Positions 25,650 through 34,394 of a stretch of DNA of 64,000 nt are shown in pieces. Made by a program: the position numbers and the translations under genes. The DNA is from Candidatus Thorarchaeota archaeon (GTDB lineage Archaea; Asgardarchaeota; Thorarchaeia; Thorarchaeales; Thorarchaeaceae). The DNA lies in NCBI GenBank assembly GCA_038893995.1, contig JAWAQK010000001.1, positions 43,776-107,775 of the forward strand. The letters are read 5' to 3'. Numbering within the stretch: the stretch's first letter is position 1; the number at the start of each line of letters is the position of its first letter. Below the pieces are notes generated by a model, which saw nothing but the letters and a program-made list of their open reading frames with translations, searched no databases and was not told the DNA's origin.

Positions 25650-27888
25650 CGTCAGCCTGGATGACGAAAAAGGGGACCTGATCCTGTGGATAAGGGATGA
25701 GACAGGGACCAAGGGACTCAGATATCGTCGATTCAGACCGTCCCTGTTTGTGAAGACAGACCTGATCGACAGACCGGAGTTTCCGGTCAGAGAACTGATC
25801 AGGAGAGTCAGCGAGCATCCCAGAGTTCTCGGCGTTCGGCTTGTCAAGAGATACCTCTCCGTATATGACGAACATAGGAGCAAAGTACTACAGGTATTCG
25901 TCAGAGGAAACTCATTGCAGAGAGTTGCAGAAGACCTGGAAACATTGCCAGGGGCAATCGTGTTTCATGCAGACCTAGATGCCGTACAGCAGTTCTTCAT
26001 CGACAGAGAGATCTTTCCCTTCAGTCTCATCGAGTATGAGACGGATGGCATCGAGTTGTTCGACATCAGGTGCCTCAGCAGGAGGGAGGAGGTAGAATAC
26101 GAAGTGCCCCCGCTCAGAGAGATACAGATTGAGCCATACATGGAAACGAGAGGCCCCTTTCCCAGAATCGAGGATCCAATTCACCACATTCGAGTTAGAT
26201 TCGACAATCGGACTCTCTACGTGAGAGGACACAGCGAGAGAGAGACACTGTGTCTGTTTCAGGAGGTAATTGACCGCATAGACCCCGATATCATCATCAC
26301 ACGTGGCGGAGACGATGGAGTGCTAAGATATCTCAGCATGAGATACAGGGTCAACAACATGGCCCTGAGACTCTCAAGAGACGGAAGGCCGCTCATCATC
26401 AATGAGAGAGAACCGTCTTCATTCTGGCAGTACAATAGGATCGTCTTCAGACCGGGCAATCAGGTCATGCTCAGAGGCAGGATACATATAGATATGGCAG
26501 ATAGTCTCTACTACGCGCCCTCCAGGGTGGAGGGGGTGATTGAGGGCTGTAGACTTGCGATGGCACCTCCCCAGAGAGTTGCACGTATGTCCATCGGAAG
26601 CGTCAACGCGGCAATGCAGTACTACACCGCAATGAAGAGGGAGATCCTCATTCCCCCAGTCAAGCGCAATCCCGAGTATCTCAAGACAGTGGAGAGGCTC
26701 CTCAATCTTGACAGGGGAGGGCTCATACTTCAGCCACGTCCAGACATCTATGAAAATGTGGGGGAGTTTGATTTCTCATCGATGTATCCGACAATAATGA
26801 TCACCAAGAACATCAGCCCTGAAACTGTCTGCACACGAACCACCTGTCCCTACGATAAGAAATACTGCATCGATGTTCCAGAACTCGACTACAAGATATG
26901 TGGCCGAAAGAGGGGACTTGTGCCCGAGTCATTAGAGCTAGTGGTCAAGAAGAGAAATCAGCTCAAGAGGCTCATGCTTGACGGAAAGGACGTCAGACGG
27001 CATGGAGTCATCCAGAACACCCTCAAGGGAATACTGGTCTCCTGTTTTGGATACCTCGGATTTAGAAACGCCCGATTTGGCCGTGTTGAGGCGCATGCTG
27101 CAGTGACGGCCTTTGCGCGAGACATTCTGCTCAGGACGCAGGAGATTGCGGAGGAGAGAGGCCTTGAGTTGGTGCATGGGATCGTCGATTCTCTCTGGGT
27201 ACACTCGAGAACAGAGTTGGGTCACCAAGACCTGTTGGAGTTCGCCAGACAAGTCACCGAGTGCGTCGGCATTGAGATGACGCTGAAGGGAGTCTACAGA
27301 TGGATGGTCGTGCCATCATCAAGACTGCATCCAGTGGTAGCACCCATGAATCGTTACTACGGAGTATATCGGAATGGTTCAATAAAGGTCAGGGGTATTG
27401 AGGCCAGACGCAGAGACACTTGTCTCTACGTGAGGGACTGTCAAAAGGAGATGATCCGGACGCTTGCACATGCACCAGACAGAGATGCTCTTATCCGGGC
27501 AATACCCGATGCGAGGGCGGTCTGTGAGGAATTCATCCGGAAACTGAGGGAGGGAGATGTTGACATTAGAGACCTGGTCCTGCAGTCAAGACTGACACAT
27601 CATCCGGATGAGTATCATGGTACTACAAGAGTGGCGGTGGCAGCCCGCCAGTTAGCAGGCATGGGACGGAGACTCTACCCTGGACAAAGCGTGCGATACA
27701 TAATGGTGGAGTCCAAGTCAAGGAACCCGGCTCGACGGGTGAGGGCCATCGAGCTGGTAGATGAATCCACAAGATATGACCCGGACGCATATTCGGAACT
27801 CTGTATCCGTGCCTTCGAGAATCTGATACCGGCCCAGTATCTCGACTCATCATCAGAACTGGCTCACTCGGAGACCAGATTGACCTGA
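25573..27888 (+). CDS. polB: Family B DNA polymerase with degenerate exonuclease motifs and a degenerate polymerase motif C (PolB2-like paralog).
   Basis: Motif A DFSSMYPTIM. KxY/motif B region LKGILVSCFGYLGF. Motif C reads HGIVDSLWV instead of YxDTDS. Exo I reads LFDIRCL instead of FDIET, and Exo II reads TRGGDDGVLRYL. 771 aa, no inteins. Confidence 0.8.
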   Translation: MMSESVCWRGGSWEVPAAKKRGWLLDVSLDDEKGDLILWIRDETGTKGLRYRRFRPSLFVKTDLIDRPEFPVRELIRRVSEHPRVLGVRLVKRYLSVYDEHRSKVLQVFVRGNSLQRVAEDLETLPGAIVFHADLDAVQQFFIDREIFPFSLIEYETDGIELFDIRCLSRREEVEYEVPPLREIQIEPYMETRGPFPRIEDPIHHIRVRFDNRTLYVRGHSERETLCLFQEVIDRIDPDIIITRGGDDGVLRYLSMRYRVNNMALRLSRDGRPLIINEREPSSFWQYNRIVFRPGNQVMLRGRIHIDMADSLYYAPSRVEGVIEGCRLAMAPPQRVARMSIGSVNAAMQYYTAMKREILIPPVKRNPEYLKTVERLLNLDRGGLILQPRPDIYENVGEFDFSSMYPTIMITKNISPETVCTRTTCPYDKKYCIDVPELDYKICGRKRGLVPESLELVVKKRNQLKRLMLDGKDVRRHGVIQNTLKGILVSCFGYLGFRNARFGRVEAHAAVTAFARDILLRTQEIAEERGLELVHGIVDSLWVHSRTELGHQDLLEFARQVTECVGIEMTLKGVYRWMVVPSSRLHPVVAPMNRYYGVYRNGSIKVRGIEARRRDTCLYVRDCQKEMIRTLAHAPDRDALIRAIPDARAVCEEFIRKLREGDVDIRDLVLQSRLTHHPDEYHGTTRVAVAARQLAGMGRRLYPGQSVRYIMVESKSRNPARRVRAIELVDESTRYDPDAYSELCIRAFENLIPAQYLDSSSELAHSETRLT

Positions 27889-29219
27889 GATAGGATCAAT
27901 GGCCTGAGCTCACGGAGAGGTATTCCCGTCTCAAGGGAGATCTTACCCACATCATCTGCCTCAGGTTTGATGTTGACAACGCTACCATCTGGGGAACGTG
28001 AGACCTTGACACGGACCATGTACTCCCTCTCGTCAATCCTGACCCTGCATACCATGGACTCTCTGAACGTCTTCAGACGTTGCCAGCTGGTGTAACGGAT
28101 GCCCAAGGTCCCAAGGTGGTGTATCATCAACCTTGCAATTGTCTTCAGTCCGGTCCTAGGAGCCACGACCTGAACTATTGTACACGGACGATTCTTCTTG
28201 CCGTAGGCCGGGATCATCACTACATCGTAGGCCAGCCCCTCGGATAGGAGAAAGTCGAACAGCTGGCCCATTACTTCGCCGTCCACATCGTCCACTGTGG
28301 ACTCAATGACTACGACCTCGTCGGTGTCCCACGCGTCGAGGGGCTCAGTCGTTTCAGGGACCGCCTCCTTAGCGGTCACGGCGGCCGAGACAGGGGCTCC
28401 AGTTGCCTTGGCACGGAGACGTGGTTCGACCTCTGTAGATTCTACGCTCGGCACCTCGATGTCGCCGATGAGTATTCTCATCGTGTTAGGAAGGGTACCA
28501 AGGTCCCTTGCGCCAAAACCAACGCCCTGTCGCTTGATCATGAAACCCTCCAGACTATCGACATAAGACTGTACCAGTGCAGCAATGAGGGCGGCGCCAG
28601 TTGGTGTTAGCACCTCGGTCTTTGCATCACCAGGGTGATGGGGTATATTGTGCTTTGTCAGGATCTCAACGACCGCTGGCACTGGGACCTGCATCGTGCC
28701 ATGTTCAGTCACAATCTGGCCACTGCCAACCGCAACATGCGTAGCCATGAACTTCGCTCGGTCAATCAGACGGGCCCTCTCCAAGAGATACACAGTCCCC
28801 AGGATGTCAAGCATCGTGTCAATCGAGCCAGTCTCATGCAGCTTCAGATTCTCAATCGTGGTACGGTGTGCCTTCATCTCAGCCTCGAGCAATATCTCAA
28901 GCGCGGTGCGTGCGATCTTCTTGGCTGCGGGGGACAACTCGAGTTCCTCGCTGACTGTTGAGAGCATTCCATGCAATGAGCCCGGAGAAAAGCGGACTCC
29001 CCTGTCACACGACACGTCAATTCTCTTGCCCGACCCTGATTCCGAGACCCGTGAGTTGACCCTGACTCGAAGTTGTGGGTCATATATCAGGAGACTTGCA
29101 GCCACGGGAACCAACGCCTGGTCCTCCCCGAGGAGGTCTACCAATGCAGACAGGAACATGTCTCCAGATGCTCCAGCCCTGGAAACATCAAAGAGGACTA
29201 TACTCTCCGGCAAGCACAC
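27864..29219 (-). CDS. larC: LarC-family (DUF111) protein, a putative nickel-insertion / CTP-dependent enzyme.
   Basis: N-terminus LFDVSRAGASGDMFLSALVDLLGE matches the DUF111/LarC start (FDCFSGISGDMLLGALVDLG). 451 aa. Confidence 0.6.
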   Translation of the reverse strand: MCLPESIVLFDVSRAGASGDMFLSALVDLLGEDQALVPVAASLLIYDPQLRVRVNSRVSESGSGKRIDVSCDRGVRFSPGSLHGMLSTVSEELELSPAAKKIARTALEILLEAEMKAHRTTIENLKLHETGSIDTMLDILGTVYLLERARLIDRAKFMATHVAVGSGQIVTEHGTMQVPVPAVVEILTKHNIPHHPGDAKTEVLTPTGAALIAALVQSYVDSLEGFMIKRQGVGFGARDLGTLPNTMRILIGDIEVPSVESTEVEPRLRAKATGAPVSAAVTAKEAVPETTEPLDAWDTDEVVVIESTVDDVDGEVMGQLFDFLLSEGLAYDVVMIPAYGKKNRPCTIVQVVAPRTGLKTIARLMIHHLGTLGIRYTSWQRLKTFRESMVCRVRIDEREYMVRVKVSRSPDGSVVNIKPEADDVGKISLETGIPLRELRPLILSQVNLVSE

Positions 29220-29378
29220 ATTGCTCCTTGGGGTGTGCGGCGGGCGCGCAGTTTCGATGCTAATCGGTCCTAAATAACATTATGACCGGGCCTCGACACT
29301 AGGATTGACAGACGCCAAACGATATCAGGCATGATGAGATGGTGCCCCTCAGGGAGCCATCACCTGTCTGGCAGTTCC

Positions 29379-30173
29379 TCAGTCATGATGTAATGTCTGC
29401 CGATTTCCCCGGCGCCACTGCTCAAATATGGCCATGTACATACACTCATCTGGGGGAATCCACATCTCAGAGGAATCGAATGAGCGGTCCACAAACTCAA
29501 CGGGAGCGTCTCTCACAAGCACTGCAGGAACGGACTCATCGGACTCTCCCATCACTGCTGTACAGGCAGAGGCGATATTGTCAGCAACGGCCCTCCGAGT
29601 GATCCTGAGACGATTCCCGAAGAGGTCCTGTCGACCCCGATCGTCAGCTACCGGGCGAAATCCGGAGACTCCCAACGCCATGCCTATGTTACCGAGCCGC
29701 AGGGGCTGAGTCCGACTGTCAATCACCATCACGCCTATGGATTTGCCGAACCGTCTCCGGACCTCCTGCCTGATTCTCTCTGCGCTTCCAGCGGGGTCTC
29801 TGGGTAACAGACATGCAAACCCTGGAGGCACATTCGACTTGTCGATACCAGCATTGGCCATCAGCGTGTTGTCCTTGATCGTGAGGACCACGTGAGGAAT
29901 CCCGCCCAGGATCTCGTCAGACTCGCGCAGGATCAGCTCGGCGACGGCCGGCAGGAGATCGTACTTCTTCGCGAGCTCCTCGGCGCGGGGAGATACTGTC
30001 ACCGTGGATAGTCGAATGACGCATCCCTCAGTCGTCCCAAGCGGAGTCTCAGCGACAACTAGAATGTCACGATCCTGAAACTCGTACCCCGCCCGGTGCA
30101 TTCCTTCGGTTATCACGTCAAGAATGTTGTCAGTAGGAGTTATGATGCGTGTCCTTATTGGCAAGACCAGCAA
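29379..30173 (-). CDS. cofE: CofE-family protein (F420-0:gamma-glutamyl ligase-like).
   Basis: The conserved CofE blocks are all present: NAGIDKSNV, LLPRDPAGSAERIR, GKSIGVMVIDS, RAVADNIASACTAVMGESDESVPAVLVRD. 264 aa. Confidence 0.65.
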   Translation of the reverse strand: MLVLPIRTRIITPTDNILDVITEGMHRAGYEFQDRDILVVAETPLGTTEGCVIRLSTVTVSPRAEELAKKYDLLPAVAELILRESDEILGGIPHVVLTIKDNTLMANAGIDKSNVPPGFACLLPRDPAGSAERIRQEVRRRFGKSIGVMVIDSRTQPLRLGNIGMALGVSGFRPVADDRGRQDLFGNRLRITRRAVADNIASACTAVMGESDESVPAVLVRDAPVEFVDRSFDSSEMWIPPDECMYMAIFEQWRRGNRQTLHHD

Positions 30174-30333
30174 TCTTGGACCCTCGACTCCGTACGACAG
30201 GAATCTCTAGAAAAAGGCACCGTCATGCAGGTACTATTGCCGCGCAACTCGTATGCCGACGTGGCTACGCGATCAGGCGGGTTGTGTCAGGGAGGTATGT
30301 CTATATCGATGATGCTGCTGGGGGAGCAACAAC

Positions 30334-31251
30334 ATGTTCGTGTTCAAGAGAGAGCAGACAGTCTTTGACGCAGGAGGTGTCAGGATAGGCGGTCAGCCAG
30401 GTGAGAATCCCACAGTCCTCGTTGGAGGTCTGTTCTTCAAGGGTCAGCCGATAGTTGAGGATGTCAGCAGTGGGAGGTTTGATCAGGCACTGGCTGCTGA
30501 ATGGATATCGACTGCGATGGGCATGTCCCAGAGGACTGGGCATCCGCTCATCCTGCAGGTCTATGGCGCCACGCCAGAGGCAATGGAGAGGCATCTACAG
30601 TGGGTCACAGAGAAGTTCGATGGCCCCTTCATGTTTGAGTCTACCAACAGTGATGCAAGGAAGCGAGGTATCACCTACTGCAGTGAAGTCGGACTCGAGA
30701 ACAGGACCATTTACAACTCGGTCAACATGTCCATGAGGGATGACGAGAGAGAAACTCTGAGGAACAGTCCGATACACATGGCGGTCATCCTTGGATGGTC
30801 ACCCCGGATTGTCTCAATGCTGGACAGGATGGAACTGATCAGGTCCACATTGAGTGAGGCGGAGGGCCTGGGAATCGATGTCTTCCTCGTGGATCCAGCC
30901 GTGATGCCAGTCGGAGCGGGCTATGGGAGTGAGTACAGGACCCTGATCTCCATCAAGGCAGAACTTGGACTCCCGACCTGTCTTGGGCCTCACAATGCGG
31001 TGTCGTCCTGGAGCTACCTCAGACAACACAGTTCCGACAATAGAGACATGTATCTTGCATCAATCGCTGCGTCTGTCGCTGCGGCTCAGGTCTGTGCCGC
31101 GGACTGCATAATGTTCGGTTCTCTGCAGTGGGCGAGGGAGATATTCGCATCAGTGGCACTCGTTCAGAACGCCATAGTGACAGCTGTGGGAGAGGCTGAC
31201 GAGACACTCGGGCTGAAGCGAGATCTGTTCGAACCACCAACATGCAGATAG
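30334..31251 (+). CDS. mtrH: MtrH-like corrinoid:tetrahydromethanopterin/tetrahydrofolate methyltransferase.
   Basis: MFVFKREQTVFDAGGVRIGGQPGENPTVLVGGLFF...GHPLILQVYGATPEAMERHLQWVTEKFDGPFMFEST matches MtrH/pterin-binding (DHPS-like) methyltransferases. Confidence 0.75.
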   Translation: MFVFKREQTVFDAGGVRIGGQPGENPTVLVGGLFFKGQPIVEDVSSGRFDQALAAEWISTAMGMSQRTGHPLILQVYGATPEAMERHLQWVTEKFDGPFMFESTNSDARKRGITYCSEVGLENRTIYNSVNMSMRDDERETLRNSPIHMAVILGWSPRIVSMLDRMELIRSTLSEAEGLGIDVFLVDPAVMPVGAGYGSEYRTLISIKAELGLPTCLGPHNAVSSWSYLRQHSSDNRDMYLASIAASVAAAQVCAADCIMFGSLQWAREIFASVALVQNAIVTAVGEADETLGLKRDLFEPPTCR

Positions 31252-31264
31252 GGGGTGCTGAGAC

Positions 31265-31957
31265 ATGACCAATTCTGACAAGCGAAAGTGGCCGCCGGTA
31301 CCAGGTGACTACCGTGTCGGGAATGCCAGCAGCCCTGTCGCCATCTGCACACTGGGAAAATGGATTGATGTCGATGTCGACTACGCGATTCTTGGCACCT
31401 GCAAGACAGAGAACATAGGAATTGAACGGATCATCGTAAATACCATATCAAATCCTCACATCCGATTCTTCATTCTTGCAGGCCCCGAGGTCCCAGGACA
31501 CAGGACCGGTGCCTCGATAAGAGCCCTGTTTCAGAACGGGGTCGATCCCAGAGACCGCAGAATAGTAGGAGCCGAGGGCGCAATACCCTACATCGAGAAC
31601 ATTCCACTCGAGGCAATCGAACGTTTCCGGAGGCAGCTTACGCTCTGCGACATGTTAGATGTGGTAGAACCCGAGAGAATCAGGGCGGCGGCAGTGGCCC
31701 TTATCTCAAGACCAGTGGAACCTCTCGCAGAGGAACCGATGTGGGTTGACTTTGGGTCAGGCAAGCGAAGTACGCAGCATGCGATGCAGGCAGGGAGTGT
31801 CTCTTTAGTCCCCGAGTTAGGACTGGTCCTGGATCCGCGCATATCCATGGTATCCAGACAGAGCCGAAGTGCAACGGTGACCCAGCATCCGTCACCAGCG
31901 GGCGTGGAGATTCAGACTAGGGATGGGGGAACACTACTGATGGCAAGGGGGTATTGA
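31265..31957 (+). CDS. mtrA: MtrA-like corrinoid-binding protein (soluble, no C-terminal TM anchor).
   Basis: YRVGNASSPVAICTLG...TCKTENIGIERIIVNTISNPHIRFFILAGPEVPGHRTGASIRALFQNGVDPRDRRIVGAEGAIPYIENIPLEAIERFRRQ aligns closely with the MtrA N-terminal cobamide-binding domain, including the His in GHxTG. Confidence 0.75.
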   Translation: MTNSDKRKWPPVPGDYRVGNASSPVAICTLGKWIDVDVDYAILGTCKTENIGIERIIVNTISNPHIRFFILAGPEVPGHRTGASIRALFQNGVDPRDRRIVGAEGAIPYIENIPLEAIERFRRQLTLCDMLDVVEPERIRAAAVALISRPVEPLAEEPMWVDFGSGKRSTQHAMQAGSVSLVPELGLVLDPRISMVSRQSRSATVTQHPSPAGVEIQTRDGGTLLMARGY

Positions 31958-31960
31958 GAG

Positions 31961-32896
31961 TTGTTTGTGTTCGAGAGAGAACAATACATCTACAACATCG
32001 GAGGCGTCAGGATAGGGGGCAACCCGGGCGAGAGAGCGACTGTACTGGCTGGCACCATATTCTATTCGGGAGACAAGACTGTCAGCGACCCCAGTGCGGG
32101 TGTGTTCGACAGGACCGCGGCCGAGACACAGATCCGGAACCAGGATGCGATCTCAGAGACTACGGGAAATCCTGCACTGGTACAGGTATTCGCAGAGTCG
32201 GAGAGCGCCATGACGAGGTATATCGACTTCGTGACCGAGATGACAGACGCTCCGTTCCTCATTGACTCCACGGATCCGAAGGTCCGGATAGCCGGTCTCA
32301 GACACGCAGAAGAGGTGGGAGTCATAGGTCGGGCCATCTACAACTCGCTCAATGTCAGCATCAACACAGAAGAGTTGCAGACTCTCTCCGAACTGAGACC
32401 AGAGGCCGCGATCATATTGGCTTTCAATCCTGCCGACACGTCAATTGCTGGAAGACGTGCAGTGCTAGAGGAACCGTATGCTGAGTATGGCGAGGGTCTG
32501 CTATCACTTGCCAAGAGGGTCGGAATAACAAAGCCCCTCGTCGATACCGCAACTACTGCTATGGGCGCAGGAGCAGGTCCATCTGTGTCTTTCGTGTTCG
32601 TGGCCAAGAGCGTCTATGGTCACCCAACAGGATCTGGAATCCACAACGCTCCATCATCGTGGCCATGGCTGAGAGCGCACAAGAAGGTCAACCGTGCGGC
32701 CTTTGAGGCATGTGATGTCGCATCGGCACTGCTCGTACATTCTATGGGGGCGGACTTCATCTTGTACGGGCCCATCGTGAATGCAGACAGGGTCTTTCCT
32801 GTGGTGGCCATGGCTGATGTCCTGGCCGCAGAGTCTCTGTCTACGGAGTTTGGTCTGGGGCCACCTGAGAATCACCCATTCCGAAGGCTCCTATGA
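31961..32896 (+). CDS. mtrH: MtrH-like methyltransferase (second paralog).
   Basis: MFVFEREQYIYNIGGVRIGGNPGERATVLAGTIFYSGDKTVSDPSAGVFDRTAAE...DAPFLIDSTDPKVR. Starts 3 bp after mtrA. Confidence 0.75.
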   Translation: MFVFEREQYIYNIGGVRIGGNPGERATVLAGTIFYSGDKTVSDPSAGVFDRTAAETQIRNQDAISETTGNPALVQVFAESESAMTRYIDFVTEMTDAPFLIDSTDPKVRIAGLRHAEEVGVIGRAIYNSLNVSINTEELQTLSELRPEAAIILAFNPADTSIAGRRAVLEEPYAEYGEGLLSLAKRVGITKPLVDTATTAMGAGAGPSVSFVFVAKSVYGHPTGSGIHNAPSSWPWLRAHKKVNRAAFEACDVASALLVHSMGADFILYGPIVNADRVFPVVAMADVLAAESLSTEFGLGPPENHPFRRLL

Positions 32897-32918
32897 CAGA
32901 TGTCGAGGAATCCGGTCA

Positions 32919-34355
32919 ATGAGGTACAGGATCATTCACCCGCGCGGCATAAGCATGCTCTCGGTCAGGCTGGGCTCCTTCTTCACTGTTGCGTCGGTTG
33001 AACTCGGCAATACCACGACCAAGTGTATCGTGGTCACCACTAATCTGAAGACGGCCGAGGTATTTGAGATTGGGAAGGAGGTGCGGATGACGCGTGACAT
33101 CAGATTACCATGGGACGGGGAGACACCATTTGGGCATACAATCACCCGCAGGCCTCTCACGAGAGAGGCTGTATCGGAGATGGTGAGTGACATCCTGACA
33201 ACAACGGTGAAGCGCAATGGTATGGATATGAAGACTGATCTTGACTTCGTCGTACGCTCTACAGGCGTTACGGCGGGATTCGCACATCCTGATGAAGTAG
33301 ATGGGATGATCAGAGCGCTTGCAGACGGTTGTCTGAATGCGGGCGTGCCACCTGGAAAGATGATGGCCGCAATGTCAGTAATCAACCTCAACCCACGATT
33401 GCGCTCCCACAGCTGGTTGAACAAGGTGCACTTCGATGGTGCAGTTGCGAGCTGTCTTCCACCGGCAGGCAGACAGGTGGTGGCAAATGAGATGGAGGGC
33501 GAGCTTGTCACTGCCGGAATAAAGGGGGCCGCCAAGGGTACGGGTATTGACTTCCGCAATCCAGTCGCCACGATGGACTTTGGAACGACCCTCGCAGGGA
33601 GAATCACAGACGACTCCTATCCGTACGCAAACACAGTGGCCTCCTTTGTTGGCCTTGCAGGAGCCATTCCTGACGCCGTTGTGAGAGGGACCGGTTTCGT
33701 AGACAGGAACGAGGGATGCACCATCGACCTCACCTTACCGCACAAGAGAGAGGAGATAGAGGAATCGTCTTCGTGGTTGGAGGAGGCCAGCAGGATCATT
33801 ACGGTCGATAGGGTGCCCAGGGGAGTGGAGAGGTTCGGGACTGTACCCGTAGACATGAGGGCTGCAGAGGAGGCAGACCTGACCTTGCTCGGAGTCGATG
33901 TGGGGTGCAATGGATCTAGACTAGCTGATCTTGGTGAGATAGGACTCAGCATTGTTCAGGAGAAGGGCCCAGAAATCTTGCACTCATTTCTTGATCATCT
34001 TCAGGCACGCATAGTCCACAGACTGATAGAACTCGCTGAGTCAGAGGGACTGGTCAACGGACGCACATCGATAGGCCTCACAGGACGGGCGATAACAACT
34101 GGAATGAAACCTGAGCTGATCAGCAGCTGGCTGGAACGGTCTGGCGTATTGCCCCAGAGAGAGCAGGACATCGTAGTCTTTGTAGAAGATGGCCTCGCAT
34201 TTGGCGCAGCTGTGGCCGCCAGGTGCATGAACTCACTGGGAACGCCTCATGAGCCAATGGGAGGACGTAGGGGAGACAGATGCATAATGGGGGCGCGCAT
34301 GGCAATCCAGTCAGGCAGGGCTGGGGAGGTCAGGAGGAACTCGGCAGACAACTGA
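32919..34355 (+). CDS. ASKHA-fold (acetate/sugar kinase / BadF-BcrA-HgdC-like) ATPase-like protein. It is a possible corrinoid activase or chaperone.
   Basis: N-terminal phosphate-1-like motif VASVELGNTTTKCIVV. Further Gly-rich D/G motifs (MDFGTTLAG, LGVDVGCNGS, IGLTGRAITTG). 479 aa from the internal ATG 32919, 22 bp after mtrH. No ferredoxin Cys cluster. Confidence 0.4.
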   Translation: MRYRIIHPRGISMLSVRLGSFFTVASVELGNTTTKCIVVTTNLKTAEVFEIGKEVRMTRDIRLPWDGETPFGHTITRRPLTREAVSEMVSDILTTTVKRNGMDMKTDLDFVVRSTGVTAGFAHPDEVDGMIRALADGCLNAGVPPGKMMAAMSVINLNPRLRSHSWLNKVHFDGAVASCLPPAGRQVVANEMEGELVTAGIKGAAKGTGIDFRNPVATMDFGTTLAGRITDDSYPYANTVASFVGLAGAIPDAVVRGTGFVDRNEGCTIDLTLPHKREEIEESSSWLEEASRIITVDRVPRGVERFGTVPVDMRAAEEADLTLLGVDVGCNGSRLADLGEIGLSIVQEKGPEILHSFLDHLQARIVHRLIELAESEGLVNGRTSIGLTGRAITTGMKPELISSWLERSGVLPQREQDIVVFVEDGLAFGAAVAARCMNSLGTPHEPMGGRRGDRCIMGARMAIQSGRAGEVRRNSADN

Positions 34356-34394
34356 ACAAGTGCCGAAAAGTGCAGGCCCCTCTCCGGGATCATT

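Noticed and set aside
25573-27888. Possibility that the PolB marks a casposon, provirus or other mobile element.
   Set aside because: No Cas1/casposase, integrase, terminal inverted repeats, capsid or packaging genes are visible on either side. The neighbours are Rab-like GTPase and LarC-like chromosomal genes. The degenerate motifs fit an archaeal PolB2-type chromosomal paralog better.
32936-33607. 223-aa antisense ORF inside the ASKHA-like gene.
   Set aside because: It is Ser/Thr/Pro-rich low-complexity translation opposite a gene with coherent domain motifs.
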